From: an uncultured bacterium | GTDB taxonomy: Bacteria; Caldisericota; Caldisericia; B22-G15 | Direction: 5' to 3' | Assembly: GCA_965612865.1 (NCBI GenBank) | Contig: CBFDTJ010000045.1 | Span: 1 to 12,204, forward strand | DNA: 12,204 nt | Shown here: positions 1 through 7,025 of the stretch, piece by piece | Position numbering within the stretch: the stretch's first letter is position 1 | Layout of the letters: each line of letters begins with the position of its first letter | Notes under the pieces: generated by a model | Databases searched by the model: none | Told to the model about the DNA's origin: nothing | The model's input: only the letters and a program-made list of their open reading frames with translations | Made by a program: the position numbers and the translations under genes

Positions 1-68
1 TTCAAGCAGAAGACGGCATACGAGATCATGCCTAGTCTCGTGGGCTCGGAGATGTGTATAAGAGACAG
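1..68 (+). other. Illumina Nextera P7/i7 adapter (sequencing artefact, not genomic)
   Basis: CAAGCAGAAGACGGCATACGAGAT (P7) at 3-26, index CATGCCTA at 27-34 (reverse complement of TAGGCATG, Nextera N706), GTCTCGTGGGCTCGG at 35-49, and the Tn5 mosaic end AGATGTGTATAAGAGACAG at 50-68. The leading TT fits the A-run read after P7 on the opposite strand. Confidence 0.99.
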
Positions 69-74
69 TAATTG

Positions 75-1076
75 ATGAGAGGATACAAAGAGAAGAAAGA
101 AAACATCCTGTTTCTCCTTGTTAAGGAATATCTTGAAACAGGACAACCTGTTGGGTCGAAGACCCTGGTTACCAAGTATTCACTTGATATATCTCCAGCC
201 ACAGTAAGAAATTACTTCTCCTCATTGGAAGAAGAGGGATATTTGAATCAACTACACCCATCCTCTGGAAGGATACCAACAAATAAAGCTTTAAAATTTT
301 ATATAAACAAGGTGGTTGAAAGAATGAAAATGGCTTCCTCTTTAAAAATAGATAGGGATATAACAGATCTAATGCTCCTTGATAAAGAACTCTCCATAGA
401 TGCGTTCTTAACACACCTTTCAAAACTTACAAATGCAATTTCATTTTTCTTCTATACGGTGCCAACGAATGAGAAAATAAAAAATGTTCACCTTATCCAA
501 TGCTCCAAGAGAAAAATTCTCTTTATAATAATAGGAGAAGATAAGGTAGAAGAACATATAATAAACTCTGATGACGAGATTGAGGAGGATATACTTGCAG
601 AGATTAAAAAATATGTTTTAAAATGGTTAGATTCCTCAAATGATGAGTTTATTGAGAAGTGGAAAAGAATCTATCCAGTACTCATTTCCGAAATAAGAAA
701 GGTTATTGATGAGAGAAGAAAGAGGAAGGAACTTGGAGAAATGTATATAAAAGGAATTAGAAATATTTTAAACTATGAAGAAGTAAAACTCTCCAAAGAC
801 ATAGATACCTTTGTTTCCTTTATGGAGGATAGAGACAAGACGAACTCCCTTATAAACTTCCTTTCAGAATTTAAGAGACTCCTTGTTCTCCTGGGAGAGG
901 AAGCACCTGAGCTTACATTTGAAAAAACTGTACTTATAAATCTACCGTATATAAAAGACGAATATGTGGAAGGTGGAATAGGATTTTTTACACCCAAGAG
1001 AATAGATTTTGAAAGACTGTTCAGATTACTTGAAAGATATGCAAAAAGGATAAAAAAAGCATTGGAGCAAATATAG
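75..1076 (+). CDS. hrcA: Heat-inducible transcription repressor HrcA
   Basis: N-terminal winged-HTH signature IL..LVKEYLETGQPVGSKTL...SPATVRNYFSSLEEEGYLNQLHPSSGRIPT, C-terminal GGIGFFTPKRIDF (G.IG.IGP.RM.Y-like), and ~333 aa length. In-frame TAA at 69-71, so the start is TTG72 or more likely ATG75. The RBS and promoter are cut off by the adapter. Confidence 0.93.
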   Translation: MRGYKEKKENILFLLVKEYLETGQPVGSKTLVTKYSLDISPATVRNYFSSLEEEGYLNQLHPSSGRIPTNKALKFYINKVVERMKMASSLKIDRDITDLMLLDKELSIDAFLTHLSKLTNAISFFFYTVPTNEKIKNVHLIQCSKRKILFIIIGEDKVEEHIINSDDEIEEDILAEIKKYVLKWLDSSNDEFIEKWKRIYPVLISEIRKVIDERRKRKELGEMYIKGIRNILNYEEVKLSKDIDTFVSFMEDRDKTNSLINFLSEFKRLLVLLGEEAPELTFEKTVLINLPYIKDEYVEGGIGFFTPKRIDFERLFRLLERYAKRIKKALEQI

Positions 1077-1789
1077 TGCATCAGTTCTTTGTATTCTCAA
1101 AAAAGGGAGATGTTGTTAGAATAACAGGAGAAGATGCCCATCATATAATAAGAGTTCTTAGACTAAAAACCGGGGAAGAAATTTTTGTAGTAGTTGGAAG
1201 AGGGGAAAGGTTTAAAGGAGAAATATGGAAATTTAAAGATAATGAAGTTCTTGTAAAGTTAAAAGAAAAAGTAAAAATAAGGTTTGAACCAAACCTTCCT
1301 CTCTCTATTGCCCAATCACTACCTAAGGGAAGGAAATTTGAAGAGGTAATTAAAACATGTACAGAATTAGGAGTGATAGAATTCTTCCCCATAATCTCTG
1401 AGAGAACTATTGTTAAAGTGAGAAAAGAGAAAATTGATAGGTGGAGAAGAATAGCTAAAGAAGAGGCTATGCTCTCAAAGAGAGATATAATTCCAGAAGT
1501 TCATGAAGTTTCAAGCTTTGAAGACTTTATCATAGAAAATTCAGATAGATTCAAAAATAAACTCCTTTTTTGGGAACTTGAGAGAGAAAAATTTTTAAAA
1601 GACATGAAGGTAGAGGGAAGTGTTATTGCTCTTATTGGAAATGAGGGCGGCTGGAGTCAAAAAGAGGTTGAAATGGCAAAAGAACATGGATTTGTTACTA
1701 TTGGACTTGGTAATAGAATATTAAGGGCAGAAGTTGCTCCTGTAGTTATCTCTTCACTTATATTCTTTAAAAGTGGTGATCTGGGTTGA
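1076..1789 (+). CDS. rsmE: 16S rRNA m3U1498 methyltransferase RsmE family (SPOUT), with variant motifs
   Basis: HHIIRVLRLKTGE, QSLPKGRKFEEVIKTCTELGV, SERT, IGNEGGWS..E and LGNRILRAEVA. GTG start overlaps the hrcA TAG, with GGAG at 1064-1067. Usual position upstream of mtaB. Confidence 0.92.
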   Translation: MHQFFVFSKKGDVVRITGEDAHHIIRVLRLKTGEEIFVVVGRGERFKGEIWKFKDNEVLVKLKEKVKIRFEPNLPLSIAQSLPKGRKFEEVIKTCTELGVIEFFPIISERTIVKVRKEKIDRWRRIAKEEAMLSKRDIIPEVHEVSSFEDFIIENSDRFKNKLLFWELEREKFLKDMKVEGSVIALIGNEGGWSQKEVEMAKEHGFVTIGLGNRILRAEVAPVVISSLIFFKSGDLG

Positions 1790-3105
1790 AGAAAATTAAG
1801 GTTTATTTTCACACACTTGGTTGCAAAGTAAATCAGTATGATACACAGCTTATGATAGAAAATCTACTGCTTGATGAAAGATTTGAAGTTACCAGAAAAG
1901 TAGACGAGGCAGACATCTTTGTTATAAATACATGCGTTGTGACAGAAAAGGCTGAAAGGGAAAGTAGAAAACTCATTAGAAAATTTTCTTCAAAAGGGAA
2001 GGTTGTTGTTACAGGATGTCTTCCAGAAAAAACAAAGCACTATGATAGTAAAATAACATATCTAACATTGGATGAAGAGAGGAATCTCAGAGATATTATT
2101 CTCTCTCTTCTGGGAGAAAAAGAAATTGTTTCTAATCATACAGAAACCATCACAGGCTTTTATGGAAGAACAAGGGCTTTTGTAAAAGTTCAGGAAGGAT
2201 GTAATAGATTCTGCTCTTATTGTATAGTGGCATATCTCAGAGGAAAGGTAAGATCAAGGAAGACTGAAGATATAGTAAGGGAAGTAAGAAACCTTATATC
2301 CAATGGATATAGAGAAATAGTTCTTACAGGAACACAAATAGGACTTTATGGTTATGGAGAGAATAAAAACCTTGTTTCACTTATAAGAGAGATTTTAAAA
2401 ATTCCTTTTAACTTTAGAATCAGAATCTCTTCCATAAATCCAGAATTTGTTGATAATTCATTAATAGAGGTTATGGAAGAAGAGAAAGTATGTCCACATC
2501 TCCATCTGTCACTCCAAAGTGGTAGTGATAAAATACTGAAACTGATGAGAAGAAAATACACAATAGCTGAGTTTTTAAAGAAAGTGGAAACATTTAAGAA
2601 GAAAGTTAAGAATGCTTCAGTTACAACAGACATAATAGTTGGATTTCCAGGTGAAGAAGAAGAGGATTTTAAATCTACCCTGAAGGCTGTAAAAGAAGCT
2701 GGCTTTGTCAGGGTTCACATATTTCCATACTCGAAAAGAGAGAAAACCCTTGCAGCAAATTTTAAAAATGAAATTCCAAAGGATATTATCAAAGAGAGAG
2801 AAAGAAAGCTGAATGAAGTTGTAAAAGAGGTTGTAAAAGACGAAATCGGTAAGTTTCTTGGAAAAAGATTAATTGTGCTAAATGAGAAGATAAAATCTGG
2901 ATACACTGAGAATTATATAAGAGTAATATTAGATAAACCGTCTAAGGTAAATCAATTCTACATAGCGTATTTACAAAACATTAAAAATGGTGTAGTATAT
3001 GGAAAGATAGAGAAAGAATTTTCTTACTCCCCAATAGAGAAAGGAGGTGAGAATTCAGAATGCCTGCAGTTGAAAGAAGAGAAGGAGAGGACCTCGATAG
3101 CTTAA
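1786..3105 (+). CDS. mtaB: tRNA threonylcarbamoyladenosine(37) methylthiotransferase MtaB (UPF0004 + radical SAM + TRAM-like)
   Basis: TLGCKVNQYDT, INTCVVT..A, VTGC (three N-terminal Cys), RTRAFVKVQEGCNRFCSYC (CxxxCxxC), HLHLSLQSGSD, TTDIIVGFPGE, HIFPYSKR and GYTENYI. Context rsmE-mtaB-rpsU. TTG start in a TTGA overlap. Confidence 0.93.
   Translation: MKKIKVYFHTLGCKVNQYDTQLMIENLLLDERFEVTRKVDEADIFVINTCVVTEKAERESRKLIRKFSSKGKVVVTGCLPEKTKHYDSKITYLTLDEERNLRDIILSLLGEKEIVSNHTETITGFYGRTRAFVKVQEGCNRFCSYCIVAYLRGKVRSRKTEDIVREVRNLISNGYREIVLTGTQIGLYGYGENKNLVSLIREILKIPFNFRIRISSINPEFVDNSLIEVMEEEKVCPHLHLSLQSGSDKILKLMRRKYTIAEFLKKVETFKKKVKNASVTTDIIVGFPGEEEEDFKSTLKAVKEAGFVRVHIFPYSKREKTLAANFKNEIPKDIIKERERKLNEVVKEVVKDEIGKFLGKRLIVLNEKIKSGYTENYIRVILDKPSKVNQFYIAYLQNIKNGVVYGKIEKEFSYSPIEKGGENSECLQLKEEKERTSIA
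2970..2998 (+). promoter_or_regulatory. Candidate internal sigma70-type promoter for rpsU
   Basis: TTTACA (2970-2975), 17-nt spacer, TAGTAT (2993-2998), ending ~60 nt upstream of the rpsU ATG. It lies inside mtaB in AT-rich DNA, so a chance match is possible. Confidence 0.3.
3038..3050 (+). promoter_or_regulatory. Extended Shine-Dalgarno for rpsU
   Basis: AGAAAGGAGGTGA, 9 nt before ATG3060, complementary to the Bacillus-type 16S 3' tail. Confidence 0.85.
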
Positions 3106-3224
3106 TAAAGAGATTTAAAAAGGAATGCGAAAGAGAGGGTATACTTAGCGAGATAAAGAAGAGAGAATTTTATGTTCCTCCTTCAGTGGAAAGAAGAAAG
3201 AAAAAAGCGAAAAAGAGGAGGTGA
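3060..3224 (+). CDS. rpsU: 30S ribosomal protein S21 (bS21), 54 aa; absent from the ORF track
   Basis: Manual translation gives MPAVERREGEDLDSLIKRFKKECEREGILSEIKKREFYVPPSVERRKKKAKKRR*, matching the S21 pattern E.LD..L.RFK......G...E...RE.Y..PS..R..K. Strong SD and usual position between mtaB and phoH. Confidence 0.96.
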   Translation: MPAVERREGEDLDSLIKRFKKECEREGILSEIKKREFYVPPSVERRKKKAKKRR

Positions 3225-3245
3225 CAGAGTATAGAAACCTCTGAT

Positions 3246-4217
3246 TTGAGAGAGAGAGCCAGAATAGCATTTAGAAGCGGAGAAGAGGCAGTTTCTTTTT
3301 CTGGTTATTATCATAATCTCTTACAGGAACTGGACAGAGAGTTCGGTGTAAAGATAAAATTCACAGGAGAATTTTTGATTATTTACTCTTCCAATTCATT
3401 CCCTCCCGATCTTGAGATATTCCTGAAGGATCTTGTGGAACTTAAACGAAGGAAGGATATATTATTAACCAAAGAGGAGATAAGAACTGCCGTACAATAT
3501 ATAAAACAGGGAGAATACAACAAACTTAGAGGAACATTCTCTGAAATTATCCTTATCTCTCCAAAAGGAAAGAGGATAAAACCTAAAACCCCTGGTCAAA
3601 GAAAATATATAGAATTAATAAGAAAGAAGGACATGGTATTCTGTATCGGACCAGCAGGCAGTGGGAAAACATACCTTGCTGTAGCATCAGCACTGTCGTA
3701 TTTTCTCGAGAAGAGAGTGGATAGGATAATACTAACAAAACCAGTTGTAGAGGCAGGAGAAAAACTTGGGTTTCTTCCTGGCACATTTCTTGAAAAAGTT
3801 GATCCTCATTTCAGACCTCTTTATGATGCCCTATACGATTTTATGAGTGTAGAAAGAGTGAACAGGCTTATAGAAAATAACATAATAGAAATTGCACCAC
3901 TTGCATACATGAGGGGAAGAACGTTAAATGATTCATTTATTATACTGGATGAGGGTCAAAACACAACTAATTCTCAGATGAAAATGTTCTTAACAAGACT
4001 TGGTTTCAACTCAAAGGTTGTCATAACGGGAGACATAACACAGATGGACATTCCCAATCCAAGAGATTCAGGTCTTATAACGGCAATAAACATACTGTCT
4101 GAAATTGAAGGAGTGGGAATAGTCAAGCTCGAGAAAGAAGATATAGTTAGACACTCCCTTGTTCAGAAAATAGTGGAAGCCTATGAAAAAATTGAGGAAA
4201 AGAAGAACAAATCTTAA
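3246..4217 (+). CDS. phoH: PhoH-family ATPase (YbeZ/PhoH-like); start uncertain (TTG3246 or ATA3231)
   Basis: PKTPGQ..Y, Walker A GPAGSGKTYLAV, VEAGEKLGFLPG, RPLYDAL, APLAYMRGRTLNDSFIILDEGQN, KMFLTRLG, ITGDITQ.D and DIVRH.LV..IVEAYE. Confidence 0.95.
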   Translation: MRERARIAFRSGEEAVSFSGYYHNLLQELDREFGVKIKFTGEFLIIYSSNSFPPDLEIFLKDLVELKRRKDILLTKEEIRTAVQYIKQGEYNKLRGTFSEIILISPKGKRIKPKTPGQRKYIELIRKKDMVFCIGPAGSGKTYLAVASALSYFLEKRVDRIILTKPVVEAGEKLGFLPGTFLEKVDPHFRPLYDALYDFMSVERVNRLIENNIIEIAPLAYMRGRTLNDSFIILDEGQNTTNSQMKMFLTRLGFNSKVVITGDITQMDIPNPRDSGLITAINILSEIEGVGIVKLEKEDIVRHSLVQKIVEAYEKIEEKKNKS

Positions 4218-6240
4218 AATAAGACTCACCTTTAAGGAGATTATTCCTCTTTTAATTCTTTTCTTGATCTTCTCCTCTTTTCTCATATACTCCTTTATTC
4301 CTCCTTTTGTTTTCATAAAGAAGGGAGTTACTCTAAAAAGAGACTTGAGATCCCCTGCAGAAATAGAAATCATTGATAAAGAAAAGACAGAAGAGTTAAT
4401 AAAGAAAGCTGAAGAAAGTGTTCCAGTACTTTACGAGTATGACCCAGATGTCGAGAAAAATGCTATTAATAACCTGGAGTCTCTCTTCAAGTATTTAAAA
4501 AAATGGAGAGATGGAGACAAAGGAGCACAGGAAGAAATATTTAAAGATCTCGGGATAACTTTTTCCAAAGAGTATCTTACATATTTCTCAAAAATTAGTG
4601 AAGAGGAGTTTAATAAAATAAAATCTACCTCTATCACACTTTTATCTTACCTTCTTCGCTCTGGTATAAAGGAAGAAGATCTTTCAAATATAGATACAAA
4701 AATTGAGAATTTTCTTTCAAGCCAGAAAATAAATGAGATAGAAAAATACCACATAGTTGCTACAATAAAACCTTTTATAAAGGTCAATCTAAAAATTAAT
4801 ACTGAGCTTACCGAAAAAAGAAGAGAGGAAGCAAAGAAAAGTGTGAAACCTGTAATTATTAAAATAGAGAAGGGGGAAATAATATTTGAAAAAGGAACAA
4901 CAATTGGTGATAAAGAAATAGAACTTTTAAAGAAATATGGTCTATTATTCACAATTAAGGATATCCCGAAAATACTATACTCTATCATCATAGCTTTTCT
5001 ACTCTCCTTACTTTTCTTCATATTTGTGAACTCAAACATAAAAATTTCCCAGAAAGAATTATATTTTCTTATAGTTATACTCACTCTTGCTCTTGTTGCT
5101 GGAAGGTTCGTACCTGATCCCTATCTAATTCCTTTGCCATTCTTCGCCATGCTTTCTTTCTTATTCTTTAGCTTTTCAGCTTCTACGTTATTTATACTAA
5201 CTGCCTATTTCTTCTATATTCTTTTCTTCCCTGAGCAGATAATCTTTCTTACCCTGTTTCTACTTGTATCGCTTTTTCTATCAATGCAGGTAAAGAGAAT
5301 AAAAAATATGGGGGATTTCTTAAAGATAGGACTGGGTATAGGAGCCATATCTTCTATTTTTCTTATACTCTTTTCAATACTCATGAAAAACACAGAGGGC
5401 ATCATTTTAAATTCAATAATACTATTTATAAATGGAACATTTTCATCAATAGTACTTGCTGGACTTGTTCCTCATATTGAAAGACTCCTGTCAATATCAA
5501 CTCCTTTGGGTTTAGTAGAGCTTCTCAATATAAACAATCCACTTCTAAACGAATTCATCCTTAAAGCACCTGGAAGTTATCAGCATTCTATAAACGTAAG
5601 CACCCTTGCTCAGGTTGCAGCAGATGCTATTGGTGAGAATGCTCTCCTTGCAAAAGTCGGAGCCTATTACCATGATATAGGAAAAATGTTGAGACCACAG
5701 TTTTTTATAGAGAACCAATCTCCTGGTATTAATCCCCACGATTCAATATCACCATCTCTTTCAGCTCTAATTATAATCTCACACGTAAAAGATGGAGTGG
5801 ATATAGCCAAAAAATACAAACTTCCCAAGGAAATAACAGATATTATAGCTGAACATCATGGAACTACACTGGTTACATATTTTTATAGAAAAGCTAAAGA
5901 GTTAGATCCAGATGTTCGAAAGGATACATTTAGATATCCAGGACCTCTTCCTTCATCTAAAGTTTCAGGAATTATAATGCTTGCTGATTCCATAGAAGCA
6001 ACTGCAAGAAGTGAGAAACTTGAAAAGAAAGAAGACTTTGTGGACCTCGTTGATAGTATAATAAAAACAAAGATAGAAGATGGTCAGCTGGAAAATTCAG
6101 ATCTTTCTTTTAAAGAAATTAACAAAATAAAAGAGGCATTTGTTAAGGTCCTCATGTCTGTATATCATGAAAGGATAAGCTACAATGAAAAAGGTGGAAA
6201 TTTTAGAGAGAGAGGGAAAGATACCGGTAAAGAAGGCTAA
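4183..6240 (+). CDS. pgpH: 7TM-HD (HDIG) phosphohydrolase, PgpH/YqfF-like, probable cyclic-di-AMP phosphodiesterase
   Basis: Basic N-terminus with a TM helix, then a large extracellular region, a multi-TM block, and APGSYQHS..V..LA..AA..IG.N.LL..VGAYYHDIGK...P.FFIENQ....NPHD, HHGTT, FRYPGP.P, IMLADSIEA, YHERI.Y. Conserved phoH-pgpH-ybeY context. Confidence 0.88.
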   Translation: MKKLRKRRTNLKIRLTFKEIIPLLILFLIFSSFLIYSFIPPFVFIKKGVTLKRDLRSPAEIEIIDKEKTEELIKKAEESVPVLYEYDPDVEKNAINNLESLFKYLKKWRDGDKGAQEEIFKDLGITFSKEYLTYFSKISEEEFNKIKSTSITLLSYLLRSGIKEEDLSNIDTKIENFLSSQKINEIEKYHIVATIKPFIKVNLKINTELTEKRREEAKKSVKPVIIKIEKGEIIFEKGTTIGDKEIELLKKYGLLFTIKDIPKILYSIIIAFLLSLLFFIFVNSNIKISQKELYFLIVILTLALVAGRFVPDPYLIPLPFFAMLSFLFFSFSASTLFILTAYFFYILFFPEQIIFLTLFLLVSLFLSMQVKRIKNMGDFLKIGLGIGAISSIFLILFSILMKNTEGIILNSIILFINGTFSSIVLAGLVPHIERLLSISTPLGLVELLNINNPLLNEFILKAPGSYQHSINVSTLAQVAADAIGENALLAKVGAYYHDIGKMLRPQFFIENQSPGINPHDSISPSLSALIIISHVKDGVDIAKKYKLPKEITDIIAEHHGTTLVTYFYRKAKELDPDVRKDTFRYPGPLPSSKVSGIIMLADSIEATARSEKLEKKEDFVDLVDSIIKTKIEDGQLENSDLSFKEINKIKEAFVKVLMSVYHERISYNEKGGNFRERGKDTGKEG

Positions 6241-6586
6241 ACTAAGAGGGCTCACAAAAAATATAATGAAAGAGGAAGGAATTTCAGATTATTTAATATC
6301 TCTGGTGTATGCTGAGAAAGAGCTTTTAAGAAAGTTGAACAAAAAGTATAGAAACCTGGATAGATCTACTAATGTGCTTTCCTTCTTATATGAAGCTCAG
6401 CCATTACTTTTTGGAGAGATTATAATATCCAAATATCACGTAGAAGTTAAAAAAGAGAGCTTCTTGAAGCTATATATCCATGGATTGCTTCATCTACTGG
6501 GATATGACCATATGAAAGAAAAAGAGAGAGAAATGATGAGAAAAAAGGAAGATTACTATCTGGAGAAGGTAAAGAATGAATCGTAA
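6185..6586 (+). CDS. ybeY: rRNA maturation endoribonuclease YbeY
   Basis: LNKKYRNLDRSTNVLSF, GEIIIS and the zinc motif HGLLHLLGYDH. Slightly short at 133 aa. Confidence 0.95.
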   Translation: MKKVEILEREGKIPVKKAKLRGLTKNIMKEEGISDYLISLVYAEKELLRKLNKKYRNLDRSTNVLSFLYEAQPLLFGEIIISKYHVEVKKESFLKLYIHGLLHLLGYDHMKEKEREMMRKKEDYYLEKVKNES

Positions 6587-7025
6587 TATACTTCAGAGTT
6601 TTCTATCTGCTTTTAGAGGATTATGGATAACATATAAAAGTCAAAGGAACTTTAGAATACAGGTATCGTTTGCTATCCTTGCTATATATTTCTCTATTAA
6701 ATTCAAAATTCCACCTGAGCATATGCTTTTTGTAATTCTCTCCATAGTCTTTGTTCTGATATCTGAGCTTATAAATACCTCAATCGAGATATTAGGAGAT
6801 AGAATAACTAAAGGTAAGGATCTCTGGATTAAAAATTCAAAGGAAATTTCTGCTGCTGAAGTCCTACTGTCTGCTGTATTCTCAGTTATAGTAGGATTGG
6901 TTGTTTTCCTTCCCCACATCCACAAACTTACACTTTCATTAATTGCTATTTCCCTCATAATAATAATTATCCCTGCAATAATGAGAAATGATGATATAAT
7001 TAAGAATGAAAGAAAAGAGAGGTGA
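6576..7025 (+). CDS. dgkA: Prokaryotic diacylglycerol kinase / undecaprenol kinase family membrane protein
   Basis: SF..AFRGL......QRNFRIQ, VLISELINTSIE...D and K..KEISAA.VL. Hydrophobic helices, and follows ybeY as in Bacillota. Confidence 0.88.
   Translation: MNRNILQSFLSAFRGLWITYKSQRNFRIQVSFAILAIYFSIKFKIPPEHMLFVILSIVFVLISELINTSIEILGDRITKGKDLWIKNSKEISAAEVLLSAVFSVIVGLVVFLPHIHKLTLSLIAISLIIIIIPAIMRNDDIIKNERKER

Noticed and set aside
69..74. CIRCE operator or promoter upstream of hrcA
   Set aside because: Only a few genomic bases precede the gene before the adapter. I saw no TTAGCACTC-N9-GAGTGCTAA elsewhere in the window.
3222..3224. Selenocysteine or genetic-code reassignment at the rpsU UGA
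   Set aside because: UGA acts as a normal stop for rsmE, dgkA, deoC and amrA in this window. The position is not a catalytic Cys equivalent, and I see no convincing SECIS-like hairpin.
3730..3962. PhoH motif variants (LTKP for LTRP, PGT for PGD, DEGQN for DEAQN) as a sign of new function
   Set aside because: These are mostly modest changes, and Walker A, RGRT and TRLG are intact. They fit ordinary lineage divergence.
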